Shown here piece after piece: positions 49,919 through 60,500 of a stretch of DNA of 64,000 nt. The notes beneath the pieces are model-generated. The model worked only from the letters and a program-made list of their open reading frames with translations. It searched no databases and had not been told where the DNA came from. This DNA is from Penicillus capitatus (taxonomy: Eukaryota > Plantae > Chlorophyta). The first letter of the stretch is position 1, and each line of letters opens with the position of its first letter. The stretch spans positions 2,109,724 through 2,173,723 of the forward strand of contig OZ287696.1 in the NCBI GenBank assembly GCA_965649825.1, read 5' to 3'. A program made the translations under genes and the position numbers.

Positions 49919-52900
49919 ATGATGAAAGGGACGAAGAAGAAGACTGGGGAGGGCACTGAAAAACCAGCCAAGAAACCGGGATTGTTGAGTCGGCGTCCTA
50001 AGTCGGCAGCGTCTAAAGAGTCCACCGTAGAGAAAAAAGAAAAGGAGCCGGTGGATGCAAAGAAATCGACAACGAAGACGACGACAACGACGGATACCAA
50101 GAAGGGCCTGAACAAACGCAGTTCGAAAGAGAATGTGGAGCTGCCGGGAAGGAGTCAGTCCGAAACAGCGAAAAAGGCGACAGCAAAGAGCACTGCTCCG
50201 AAAACCGGCGCGGTAAAGAGCGAGAAATCCATCGGAGTGAAGCCGAAGTTGGATAGGACATCGGCACCGCCTGGACCCAAGAATACAAGTTCGACGCCGT
50301 CCCCGACTGCGGCGAAGAAAGCCGTGAAATCGGTACGCACACCAACAAAGAGTCCCAGTCCTATTCCCAAAGGCGTCGCTCCACGCTCAAAGTCAGAGAG
50401 CTCCAAGACGAGTCCATCTCTCTCTGAGATATCGTCAAGCAAGACACCCAAGGCAGCAAAGGAAACGACGACAAAGACAAAAACACCGACGGCGGGATCC
50501 ACACCACCATTGCCAAAAGGGTCTGGCAAGAAAGGACTGACGTCATCGTCTGCGAAAACGGTATCGCCTGTGCCAAAACCGAAAGCGGCACCGGGGGAGA
50601 AGGAAAAGAAAAGCAAAAGCGGTTTTGTAAAAACGTTGACCAAGATCAAGAATGCTGTGACGCCGAGGGATAAGAAAGCCAAACAGGCAAGCAGTGTCAA
50701 AAGTCAGTCTGTATCTTCAAGGAGTGACAGGTCAGCCTTGAGTGATCGCCGAGTCAGTCAGTCTCCTGCACCCGTTGCTAAACCGCGACGTTTGTCGACG
50801 TCCAGTGCCGGTTCAGGCAGATCTCCATCCGTCAGCGAGAAGAGTCTGGATAAGAAAGTGGGGAAGCTGAAGAAGAATACGTCGGAGTCTCCGTCCATTT
50901 CTTCGACGTTGTCTCCCGCTGTCGAGAGTAAGGTCGAGGTCGATGTTGCGAAGGCACATGCCGAAGGTGGTTCTGTGACACCTGTTGTCACTGTCGAGTC
51001 CAAAGTGGAACCTGCGGAACTGGCTGGAGGAGACGATCAAGGTGTTCCATCTGAATCTCCCATCGTGGAGGAAACGATCGATGAGGAATCTGTGAGGGAG
51101 CCATTATCAGAAGCGGAAATAAAAGGGCAGAATGATGATCCAATTGAGCCATCTCTCCGAGTGACGGCCGAGGAGTTGATTCCGCCCGGATCGTCTCGTG
51201 GACTCAGCCCAGCCAGATCGTACGGAGCGACAGAAATGGAACCGCCAACAACGATGAGCACGAGGCCGCAATCATCACGTTCGTTCAATTCTGGATCTCC
51301 CGAAGAATCGGGACCTCAACAAGATGTGCTGTCGAACAATGAGTCAACGATGTCAAAGGAACCAGTAAAAACGGAGGCGGATAACGAAGATCAACCGCCA
51401 GAAGATAGTTCAATCAAAAACGATTTGGAGAAACAGACAGAAGAAGAGACATCTTCTCTTATTCAGAATCAAGACACAGCACCTTTGGATGCGATGGCCT
51501 CGGAAGATTCGAAAGTTGAGCTGGGGGAGGAACCTGTCATTGCTAAAGTGGCCGATCGAAGTTTGCCAATAGATGCGGAAGTGACAGTTACGCAGGCACT
51601 CGGCGAAAGACCGTTCATCCATGACACTGCATTGGAGGATATATCGGAGACGAAGGTCTTTGTGGACAGTCTTGCCGATCCGCACAGCACGGCACTGGAT
51701 ACTCCTGTCACGACAGAAGCATTGCTGGATGAAGAAAACACGGCCGCCAGTCATCAGGAGTCGTTAGATGTGGATGGCGGTTCTGACCAGGATTCATTGG
51801 ATTTGGATCGTGCTCCCTCAGTCGATCGAGCATCCTTGGACTCACACGAGGACCATCGTTCTGATCGATCATCTCTGGACATAGGAAAAGCATCCGCATC
51901 GGACAAGACGTCCACCAGAATGGAGGGTGGTGACGATGACGTGGTGTCGGTTGGGGGTGATATAGATTCAGTGGATGGAGCGTCCCTTCGTGGATCGGAC
52001 GATGACGGTTCGCTCGGAGAGGTTTCTATGGAAATAACAGATGCATTTTCGGACGATAGATCTTCTTTGGAAATGTCGGATATACCCGTCGCGGAACCTT
52101 CTGGTACAAAAGAGGAGCGAAGGCAAAGTATAGATGCATTACTGAAGAGAACTGAGGCAATAATACACGATGCTGCGCGAGATTCCACAAAGGTCGTCGG
52201 ACGCGCATTGCCAACACTCGAGACACCAACAACAAACTTGAGCGCCATCGCAGAATTGCATGCAAGCATGCCGCCAGAAACAAAGGCTCTTTTAGAACGT
52301 GCAAAACCTGACACAGAATCCATCGGAAGTCTGCCTGATGCGGAAGAGATTCCTGATGATATTGCCAAGATGGATGATTTGGACGGATTCAGCGAACCTC
52401 GAAGTCCGACAGCGCAATATGAAGAAATGGATAAGGAAAGCGCTGAACTTACGACACCTCGTGACGAATATCCCGATTACGAAAGTCTTGGGTCGCCGTC
52501 ATGGTCTAGTCACCAGCCCTTCCCTTCTGACGGCGAGCTTGATGATCTGGGTTCCACCCCAGACCCATCGTATCTGTCAGAGGGGGATGAGAATGCAGCT
52601 GCCATGGATCTTGGTGTTATGACGCCGCCAACAGAGCCGCCTGTTTCATCAGCACCGCCTCCAGTGCATCAGGCAGTGGCACAACCGATGCCTGATCTGA
52701 CAAAAGAAGCACCTGCACAAGCCGCCATGACATCGGCGATGAAGACTCCTCCACTTTGGGATCCTTTGCAGAGAAGGAGGACCCCGACACCAACTCAGAA
52801 ACTTCAAGTCCGATCACAATCGGCGGAATCTCCAAGTCCGAAGGTGGAGAAGGAACCAGATGTGCCTGCGATGGAAGGGGAGCCAGTATCAGAGCCAAGA

Positions 52901-53428
52901 TCCCCGCCATTGGAGCATTCTCTGTTTTCAACACGCGATATTGTTCAAGAACAGCCACAAAATGTCTCGAACCAGTTGCCTCGGACGAAGAAAGTGCAAC
53001 AGTGGGATCCTTTGATGAAGCAGACCCGAAGAGTATCGTCGGAGAGTTCCATGCAAAGACCAGGTGTCACAGTGGCTCGAATAGACCAAGGAAAACGACC
53101 GAGCCTCGATTTCGCTAGACAGAATCGGATGCCAATGCCGAGGCCAAAGGCAGAACAGAAGATGGTGGAATCCGACCTTTTCAAAAATAAGCCATCGACA
53201 AGTCATCACTTCTCCCCTGATGATCCAGTGGAAGATGATCCGCCATCGCAGTCATCTCCCGACAGACATCAACGCCTTTCCAATGACAATCCGCCAAACG
53301 AGGAGGAGAAGAAGCCAGAAGAGAGGAATCCGAAGAGAAAGAAAGGAAATTTGATTGTGTCGTGTGCGCTCTATGTTCTCGGAGGAATAGCGGTGACTGT
53401 GTTTTTCTTGAGAAAGAGAGGGGGTTAG
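49919..53428 (+). CDS. 1169-aa intronless low-complexity protein: basic K/S/T/P N-terminus, acidic middle, C-terminal TM anchor
   Basis: Single long ORF. The hydrophobic LIVSCALYVLGGIAVTVFFL is followed by RKRGG*, typical of a tail anchor. Confidence 0.85.
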   Translation: MMKGTKKKTGEGTEKPAKKPGLLSRRPKSAASKESTVEKKEKEPVDAKKSTTKTTTTTDTKKGLNKRSSKENVELPGRSQSETAKKATAKSTAPKTGAVKSEKSIGVKPKLDRTSAPPGPKNTSSTPSPTAAKKAVKSVRTPTKSPSPIPKGVAPRSKSESSKTSPSLSEISSSKTPKAAKETTTKTKTPTAGSTPPLPKGSGKKGLTSSSAKTVSPVPKPKAAPGEKEKKSKSGFVKTLTKIKNAVTPRDKKAKQASSVKSQSVSSRSDRSALSDRRVSQSPAPVAKPRRLSTSSAGSGRSPSVSEKSLDKKVGKLKKNTSESPSISSTLSPAVESKVEVDVAKAHAEGGSVTPVVTVESKVEPAELAGGDDQGVPSESPIVEETIDEESVREPLSEAEIKGQNDDPIEPSLRVTAEELIPPGSSRGLSPARSYGATEMEPPTTMSTRPQSSRSFNSGSPEESGPQQDVLSNNESTMSKEPVKTEADNEDQPPEDSSIKNDLEKQTEEETSSLIQNQDTAPLDAMASEDSKVELGEEPVIAKVADRSLPIDAEVTVTQALGERPFIHDTALEDISETKVFVDSLADPHSTALDTPVTTEALLDEENTAASHQESLDVDGGSDQDSLDLDRAPSVDRASLDSHEDHRSDRSSLDIGKASASDKTSTRMEGGDDDVVSVGGDIDSVDGASLRGSDDDGSLGEVSMEITDAFSDDRSSLEMSDIPVAEPSGTKEERRQSIDALLKRTEAIIHDAARDSTKVVGRALPTLETPTTNLSAIAELHASMPPETKALLERAKPDTESIGSLPDAEEIPDDIAKMDDLDGFSEPRSPTAQYEEMDKESAELTTPRDEYPDYESLGSPSWSSHQPFPSDGELDDLGSTPDPSYLSEGDENAAAMDLGVMTPPTEPPVSSAPPPVHQAVAQPMPDLTKEAPAQAAMTSAMKTPPLWDPLQRRRTPTPTQKLQVRSQSAESPSPKVEKEPDVPAMEGEPVSEPRSPPLEHSLFSTRDIVQEQPQNVSNQLPRTKKVQQWDPLMKQTRRVSSESSMQRPGVTVARIDQGKRPSLDFARQNRMPMPRPKAEQKMVESDLFKNKPSTSHHFSPDDPVEDDPPSQSSPDRHQRLSNDNPPNEEEKKPEERNPKRKKGNLIVSCALYVLGGIAVTVFFLRKRGG

Positions 53429-54001
53429 TCTATCTGTCGTCTTGAAGGGATATGGTCATTGTTCGTCAATGAAGAAGAATAAGAAGAAGAAAGATAGCAT
53501 AAGATATCCGTTTCAGTTTTTCACCGATACTTGTTGTCTGTTCTCAAGGCGAAAGCCTTTTCCTGACCCCGACTTTTCTCCTGCGTCCAAAACCTGATGG
53601 ACTCTAAACTTCATCGTATTTTTACCCTTTCTCTCAACATCGCCTCACATTTTCAACAGTTTCCCGCTTTTGTGTGTCGAACAACGTTCCAAGGAATTAT
53701 CACTTGTGTTTAGCACTCAACAAGAGCATCCCATGTGTACAGGATGTTGCGCTGGCAGGTAGTCGGGCACAGTGCATTCGTGCATTGCTGTTGACCAGAA
53801 ATTTAATGCATCTATCCCATTTGACTGATTCACTGGCCACTGTTCGCACAACGCAGCCAAGTCTGACGCATGACGAAAGGTATATTCCGCAGAGAGAACG
53901 GTGTCCAATAACGACGATACCCGGACAAGACAGATAGCACGCACGACCTGCTTCGAAGCTTCGGTATCTGTTTCCCACTCTATTCTGCACCGTCGCGTTT
54001 C

Positions 54002-55325
54002 ATGCCTCTTCGAATCTTTGGGCGGAGTTTACCGCCAACCATTCTCTCCTCTCTGGAAAATGCAAATGATTCTGAACAAACACTCGGAACTTCGAAGCTG
54101 GAAGTGTTTATCGGGACACGGCTCTTTCGCGAATGCGGTGGTCCGATAGGGAGACGGCTGCCAATTCAGTTCAAGGAATTTGCGAGAACCTGTGGTGCCT
54201 GTCACTACCTTGTCCTCTTTCGATCTCCAAATGGATCTATGGTGCGGTTCGATTTTGGGCCGACTGGAGGAGATGTCTATGGCAATCCCTTCGGCATCCG
54301 ACTCCCCCGTCTGGGTTCGAAGACCAACGCCAACTGTGTACCTGGAGAAATAAGAGAAACACAGGTGCCGTGCAAACACACCTCTGCCACAGTCATCTCA
54401 TCTATCGAGTGATCTATGTGCAGGTGACAGAACTGCCGGCGGATTATGTATACGTGGGCACCACAGATCTGCAACTGGAAGATATTCACCGATTCAATTC
54501 GGAACAGTCCGTCGACTATGAGCTTCACAAGAACGACTGCAGGTATCTTTGCCAGAAATACACATCCATGGATGCTGATGGTGGCCACTGTGTTCCGCAA
54601 CCAGACACTACGTCAACAAGTTAACAGAGTATGCGACTGGGATCGAGAGTATTGCTTCTTACTGTGTGCGCACCCGTTTCAATCTCGTCAAGGACGAGAC
54701 TCCCCTCTGGAGCCTGTGCATGATCCGAATGTTCCAAGTCGTGTCCGATGTCCGTCAGTGGCAACGCGTCAAGGCAGCAGGCAATGCAACAGCTGCTGTT
54801 GTCCTGGCACTTGTCGGACCCTCATTTGCTCGTCGCGTCAACGCTGTTGTCCATTGTGCCATACGACACTCGATCGCTGTCCAAGTGCCACCAGAGAAGA
54901 TGGTTGCGCGTCCAGCGCGCCGTGCAGCAGTGGCAGCCGTGGCTACTGTGGCAGCAACCTGGGAAGAGCGACCCATTCTCAAGAGCATCATCGATATCGG
55001 TGGTAGTTTCAATGAGCGCACGAGATCGTTTTTCATGGCGGCTGGCTCTATCTTCTCTTCCGTTCGTCGTAATGTTGTTCCTTTCCGAATCGGTCCAGCC
55101 CGCATCATTGCGGCAAGATCTGCTGCACAGCCGTTCCCTTTCTACGGAATGGCCGTTGTGCGTCGGATGTCAGGAAGATCTCTTTCTTTTCTGTCGACAT
55201 CATTATTTCGCCCATTCGTTTCTCTCCAACTTGATCACAGAAGTATCCAGTATCCTTCTGGCCCTCGACGACCTCTTGGATCTAAAGGGCGTCGCCATCA
55301 ACTGTCTGTTCCTATGTCCATTTAA
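54002..55325 (+). CDS. Uncharacterised protein, possibly PPPDE/permuted NlpC-P60-like
   Basis: CHYLVLF...FDFGP.GGD and YELHKNDCR motifs (H...NDC arrangement), with short GT-AG introns. Family assignment is tentative. Confidence 0.45.
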
Positions 55326-55870
55326 ATGGCTGTGACTTTTATATGTTATGTTCTGACTAAGGACACGGGTGTGTCTGTTGTCTTCCTGCCCAATTTCCAA
55401 GAAAGCAACACTAAGAGTCCCATCAATTCCTTTAAATTCACTCTTGCAGTGCCAAACACAAAAAGAGATTACGCGTTTTCGGTGGTGGTGGGTGTGGTGG
55501 TGGTCATTCTTGCATGGATTGGTATTCTTGTATTTGTTGACGCATTCCCATACTGTTGTTGTATGGACACAGTTATTGCTGTCGTCTGTCCAAAAGCTGC
55601 CCATTCGCAAATTGAAACTCATTTTCATCTACAGGTCCACGTGTCCAATGTTAACGTCACAAATGTTCCCAATACACTTGAATAATTGCCACGTGTTTTA
55701 TCATCTTGTACAGTAAGTCGTCCATTCAATCCATGATCGAACATGAGACCAACATGTCTCCGACCACTGATTGTTGATACCTCAAAAAGACCTGTTCCGA
55801 AAATCTTCAAGTACTGTAAGAGGATATCTGGAAAAGAAGTGGATAAGGAAGTGGTTGGCTGTTAAACCGT

Positions 55871-57306
55871 CTACTCCAGATTGGTAGACTTCAAGAGCAT
55901 GTCCGCTTCCGAAATGCCCAGTTCGTGCTGAACCAACAGACAGACCGTCTCAAATAGCATCCAAAGGGCAGACTCGTAGGCAGAACCGAGTGGTAGAAAA
56001 CGATCCATCGAAAGCAATGGGTCTCCACTCTGTTGCTGTGGATGAAGTTTGACTGGCTGCGTCGCGGATGCTGGCACTGGTGGGGCAGGGATGCGGATCA
56101 CACTCTCTGCAAAGGGTACAGGAGCTGTCCGATGTGACGTCAGCACCAGGACATGTGCCTTGGCACGAATACCAGCTAAACAGATGGCATTCACCTGCAG
56201 AGACAATGCATGAATGCTGCCTGTGGACTCGCACAAAGCACTAGAACATTACTGTGTTGAAGAAGCTCGGACCGGCGCTTGCCAGCAGAAGATCCCGAGG
56301 TCCAATGATCGGCATGGAAGTTTCGCCAATGAGATGAGCATCCAGTCCTAATTGCTTCAAGCGTATCACGAATGCTTGTAAAGCGCATCTCTCGCGTCCA
56401 ATTCCGTAGCAGCAGATCTTCTGACGACGAATCAATTCTGACGTCAAGAATCGCACGTCCGTAGACGATGTCTGCAACAAGGCATTGGAGACCTCTGCCA
56501 ATGCCATCTTCATGATGCGCCGAACGTCATCCACCACCTACACAACGGACGATATCTGTTGCGTGTGTGTCCATCATCGATGAGTGACCTGTCGAGGAGG
56601 CTGATCCGCCTGTCGCTTCACTCTCTTCGGCGCAAATAGATGATAGTTTGCTGTCAGTCCATGCATGGCGGCCTCCGTGGACAGCATTGTGATTTCGGCG
56701 CTCGACGGCACCTGCGTAAGCATAGTGGCCGTGGACGTCGCTTGTCCACTCGATGCTGAGCGTTTTGTGCGTGCGAGTCTGTTTTTGAGCCAGACACAGA
56801 CCTGCGTCTCCGTCGCTTCGCCTGCACTCCGCACAGCTGCGAATAACTCAGGCGACGCCTTGGAGAAACCTGCAGATGCGACCTGAGACAAACCTGTGGG
56901 TGAAATGCTGCGCACCTGCGTTGAAATGTCTCTCGAGTAGCGTCAGCTGTTGACTATTCGGTCTCCACCTCTGTCTAGGCACCGACGGACAGCTCACTGG
57001 TATTCCAGGCGCCGGATCAAGCTTCGGTTCTGGGTACATGTGTGGCGCAACGTACACGTGAACCTGTCCCGTCGTGAAATCGTGAAAGATGCGCCCCGGC
57101 AGTTCTCTTCGCAACGGCAGCTCCTCAAACGTCGTGAATGGCGGCAGATCTTTTTCTCCTTCCGTTTCTCCACTCGATACCAACAGACTCAACGTATCGT
57201 CTATGACATGGCCTGTCTCGCCGTCCGGGTGCGTTACGCTGTCTCCTCTGCTGAGAGAAGGCGGCGAATCCGGGGCGTCGTGTTCGTCGTCCATCTGTTC
57301 AGACAT
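55871..57306 (-). CDS. Predicted homeodomain (WOX-like) - SIS (PHI/HxlB-like) fusion protein, 426 aa, 4 exons
   Basis: Exons 57306-56916, 56869-56589, 56537-56253 and 56194-55871 are joined by 46-, 51- and 58-nt GT-AG introns, all in frame. Homeodomain PRQRWRPNSQQLTLLERHFNAG...TETQVCVWLKNRLARTKR; SIS domain ICCYGIGRE...LLLASAGPS...PLGSAYE...STNLE*. Confidence 0.75.
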
Positions 57307-57542
57307 GGCGAGGAAAAGACCGCGGCGTTTGGCGCCAAAGACGTCTGCTGCGTTGTACCCCTTAGTCGTCGCCGTTATCCGATTAATCTCGGTTACGTGA
57401 AGCTAACAAGGCGTTCGAGCGTACTTATACTTGAGGCGGTTTTCATCTTATATCCTTCTGATCCGACATTAATCCGAACGAACGAACAAACGAACGCACA
57501 CACCAACCCGTGCTTGTCAAGCCGTTGTTATTTGCGAGCTGC

Positions 57543-60500
57543 ATGGCGTCAGTCGACTTCGCCTTCTTTTTGATCGTTGTGGGTCTTCTTGGAACAAGGC
57601 CGTCGGTAAAGGTCGGGGTGTCCCGTTTCGCGTTTTGCGAGTGGGGGATATGTGCATGATGGGGGTCCCTGTAGGTTGTTTGTGCTTGTCCGGAGAATGA
57701 AACGAGAAGCTGCGTACAGATTGGATCAACAGAGATACACTTTCAAAACAAACTTCAGTTGGAGAATCCAAAATGCAAAACATCTCAAACACCGCAAACG
57801 CTGAAAATGTACTGGAAGCTGCCTGATACCGAGAACGCTCCAACCCACTTTGTCCAGTGCTTTCTTTTTCCACTCGAAAGGGTCGAAATCATGGCAAGCT
57901 CATCCCAATCGATGGCCTTTTGGGGAATGTCCGATGCGGTAGATCAATCGAACAGATTTGACTTTCATAAGTTCATCCGAAGAAGCATTTAAGGGGGTGC
58001 GTGTGTTCCTGATCGAAGAGATCCTCACACGATCGTACAACATCGGCTGTATTTTTTAGGTCTTGCATTCGGCGGCCGTTTTGGCGAACTCCAAGAAGAT
58101 GTTGTGGAAATGCGATATGAGCATTCGTCATGGAATCTGGATTCCTTTTCTCGGCTATTCACTCTCAGATGCTGTTGCCGAGGGCGGTGGGCTATCCGTT
58201 GTTGAAGTCAGCTTCAGCTTTGGATGCTGCTTGATGTCTTTAGATGTTCGAACGTGGGTGTTCTCTGAAGTTGACAAGCGCACAAGAATTGTACGATCTC
58301 AAGTGCTCTCTGTCGAACCTTCTCTATTGGAAGCCTCTTCGACGAGGGACATCATCATTCATGTGCGTCAATTATCGGCAGATGAAGGTCTTTGTGTCGT
58401 CTAACGAGTGTGCCCTGTCAAGGGGCGATTTCTGCATTCTGCTGTCGCCTGTCAAGTCATCCCCAAGAGTCACGGGAGACCTTCTGGCCCAGTTGATGGA
58501 ATCCTGGTCAATTCTACTGTCGCATCATGCAACATACAAGTAACCGACAGCCGTGCCTGTGGAACAGTGTTGTTTGATTGATTGGATTGCAGGGAGAGGA
58601 AGGCAGAGCCACTCTGGTGGTTTCATGGGAAGGCGATTGTTCTGAAGAATTTGAAATAGAATTCTTAACCCGGCCCCGAGTTGTGCAGATCATTCCATCC
58701 ATCTTACCTGCATACGGAAGAAGCCCGCTGAAAGTTCATCTGAGTTCAGGACGACCGAATGCTGAGAATGAGATTGCCCTATTCCTGCCCGCGCAGGTAT
58801 CTACTACAGTTGTAGGCACTGACGAATTTAATAACTTCGACAGGCCGCCCCAGCAATTCGGCTAGACTGCTTGCCGAATCGCACCTTTGACGGAAGCTTC
58901 AGTATCTTGTCTGATAAGGACTGGGAGGCGTCGTTCTCCATCAGAGGGCTGTCCTCGGCTCTTGACAACAGCCACTGCAACGTGTCTTTGTCGCTCAACG
59001 GCAAACATTTCTTCTCAGCAAACCATGTCCACTTCATCCGTCGCAGCATCTGGTCCACTTTTGTCCTGGTGTTTAGAGCGTTCAAGTGAAAGGACCCTTT
59101 GTCAGATTTCTTTCTATGAAGCACGGTGTGGCAGTCGATGGAGAGACACAGTTAATGGTGGAACTCGATAACCCAGTCTCCGTTGAGGTTGCCGTTTCAC
59201 TCAAGATCACTGCTCGCAATAATGATTCGGAGAATGTGATTTTGCGGGAACCGACGGTCACTTGGAAGGCAGGGGAGACGGGCATCAAGCATTTCACGGT
59301 GCTTCACAAGGGCAGACATCAAAACAGAAGGAAGCCTATGCAATTTGTCGGAATGCTCCACAATGCCGTGCATTGTTCCATTGATCATCGACATGAAAAC
59401 ATGACACTCGTTGTCATTGAGAACGAAGAGTTTCCTGTCTTTCGCAGTCCATTGCTTCAGGTTCCCACCATATACTGCACATTCTGATGGTTTATCGTTT
59501 TTTCATTTGATCAGGTGCTATACCCACCATCATCTGAAACAATTGCAGTCAATGTCACTCTTGCACAAGGATCTGATCGACTGAAATCTGTCATAGCATA
59601 CAGAACGTACCTGCATCAACGAAACGCAGGTGAGAGGCTAAACGATTGATCCATGCTAATTGAGCTGCTGTATGGACTGAAGGATGCAATGAACAGAACA
59701 GAGCAGACTTGATTCCAGAAATGACAGGCCGCCTTTATTGGAAGCGGGGAGATGTTCAGAGAACTATTGTGCTGCCTGTGCACTGGGATAACATTGACTA
59801 CTGCGATGCCATCGAAGTGCATTTGGTACTCAAAGGCATCGAAATGGCATCCGTGGAAAGGGAGGATTCCATCGTGGCCGTCATTTACGGCACTCCAGAA
59901 GGATTCTGCAATCCAGGTCTTCCCAATCGGCAATCATTTTCCACCAACTGTCCTATCCAAAGGGACGGTACTCGAGAAACGTCGTCGAAGAGAACTGCCA
60001 TTCGAATTGAACAGAGCAGAGGATATCTCGTTGGACGATGTGAAGATCGAAGGTGACAACCGTGTCCAATGAACAGAATACTCGATCGTCCTCTTCTCCA
60101 GGGCACGATTCTGACAGTGGAGAGCTCATGGAAACAGCACTGGTCCCACCGTTTCTCGTCAATCGACTGAACTACACAGCTATGATTCCCTACGAATTTG
60201 TTTCGACAAAGATGTTGCTCTGGAACAAAGGCGTCTCGACAGTAGAATCGAAAGAGTGATTCTTTAAAATGATAGGTTGATATAGGACATCCGTATCAAT
60301 GATCTGTCGTGTTCCATCGAAGAAGAGCTTCGGTGGAGAAAGAGCGTTGGAGCTACAAGACCTGCGCTTCAGGCAAAGGTTCTGTTTGGAGACGACATGC
60401 AACACTGCGCTCTGCAGGTGCATCATTTGTCGCCTAAGAACAACACCGGATGTACACGTGTCCTTCTGCAGATCATGAGTTTGGACTTTCGAGAGAGAAC

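Noticed and set aside
50013-53209. Numerous antisense and alternate-frame ORFs in the six-frame track
   Set aside because: They are shadows of real exons or of low-complexity coding sequence and carry no independent motifs.
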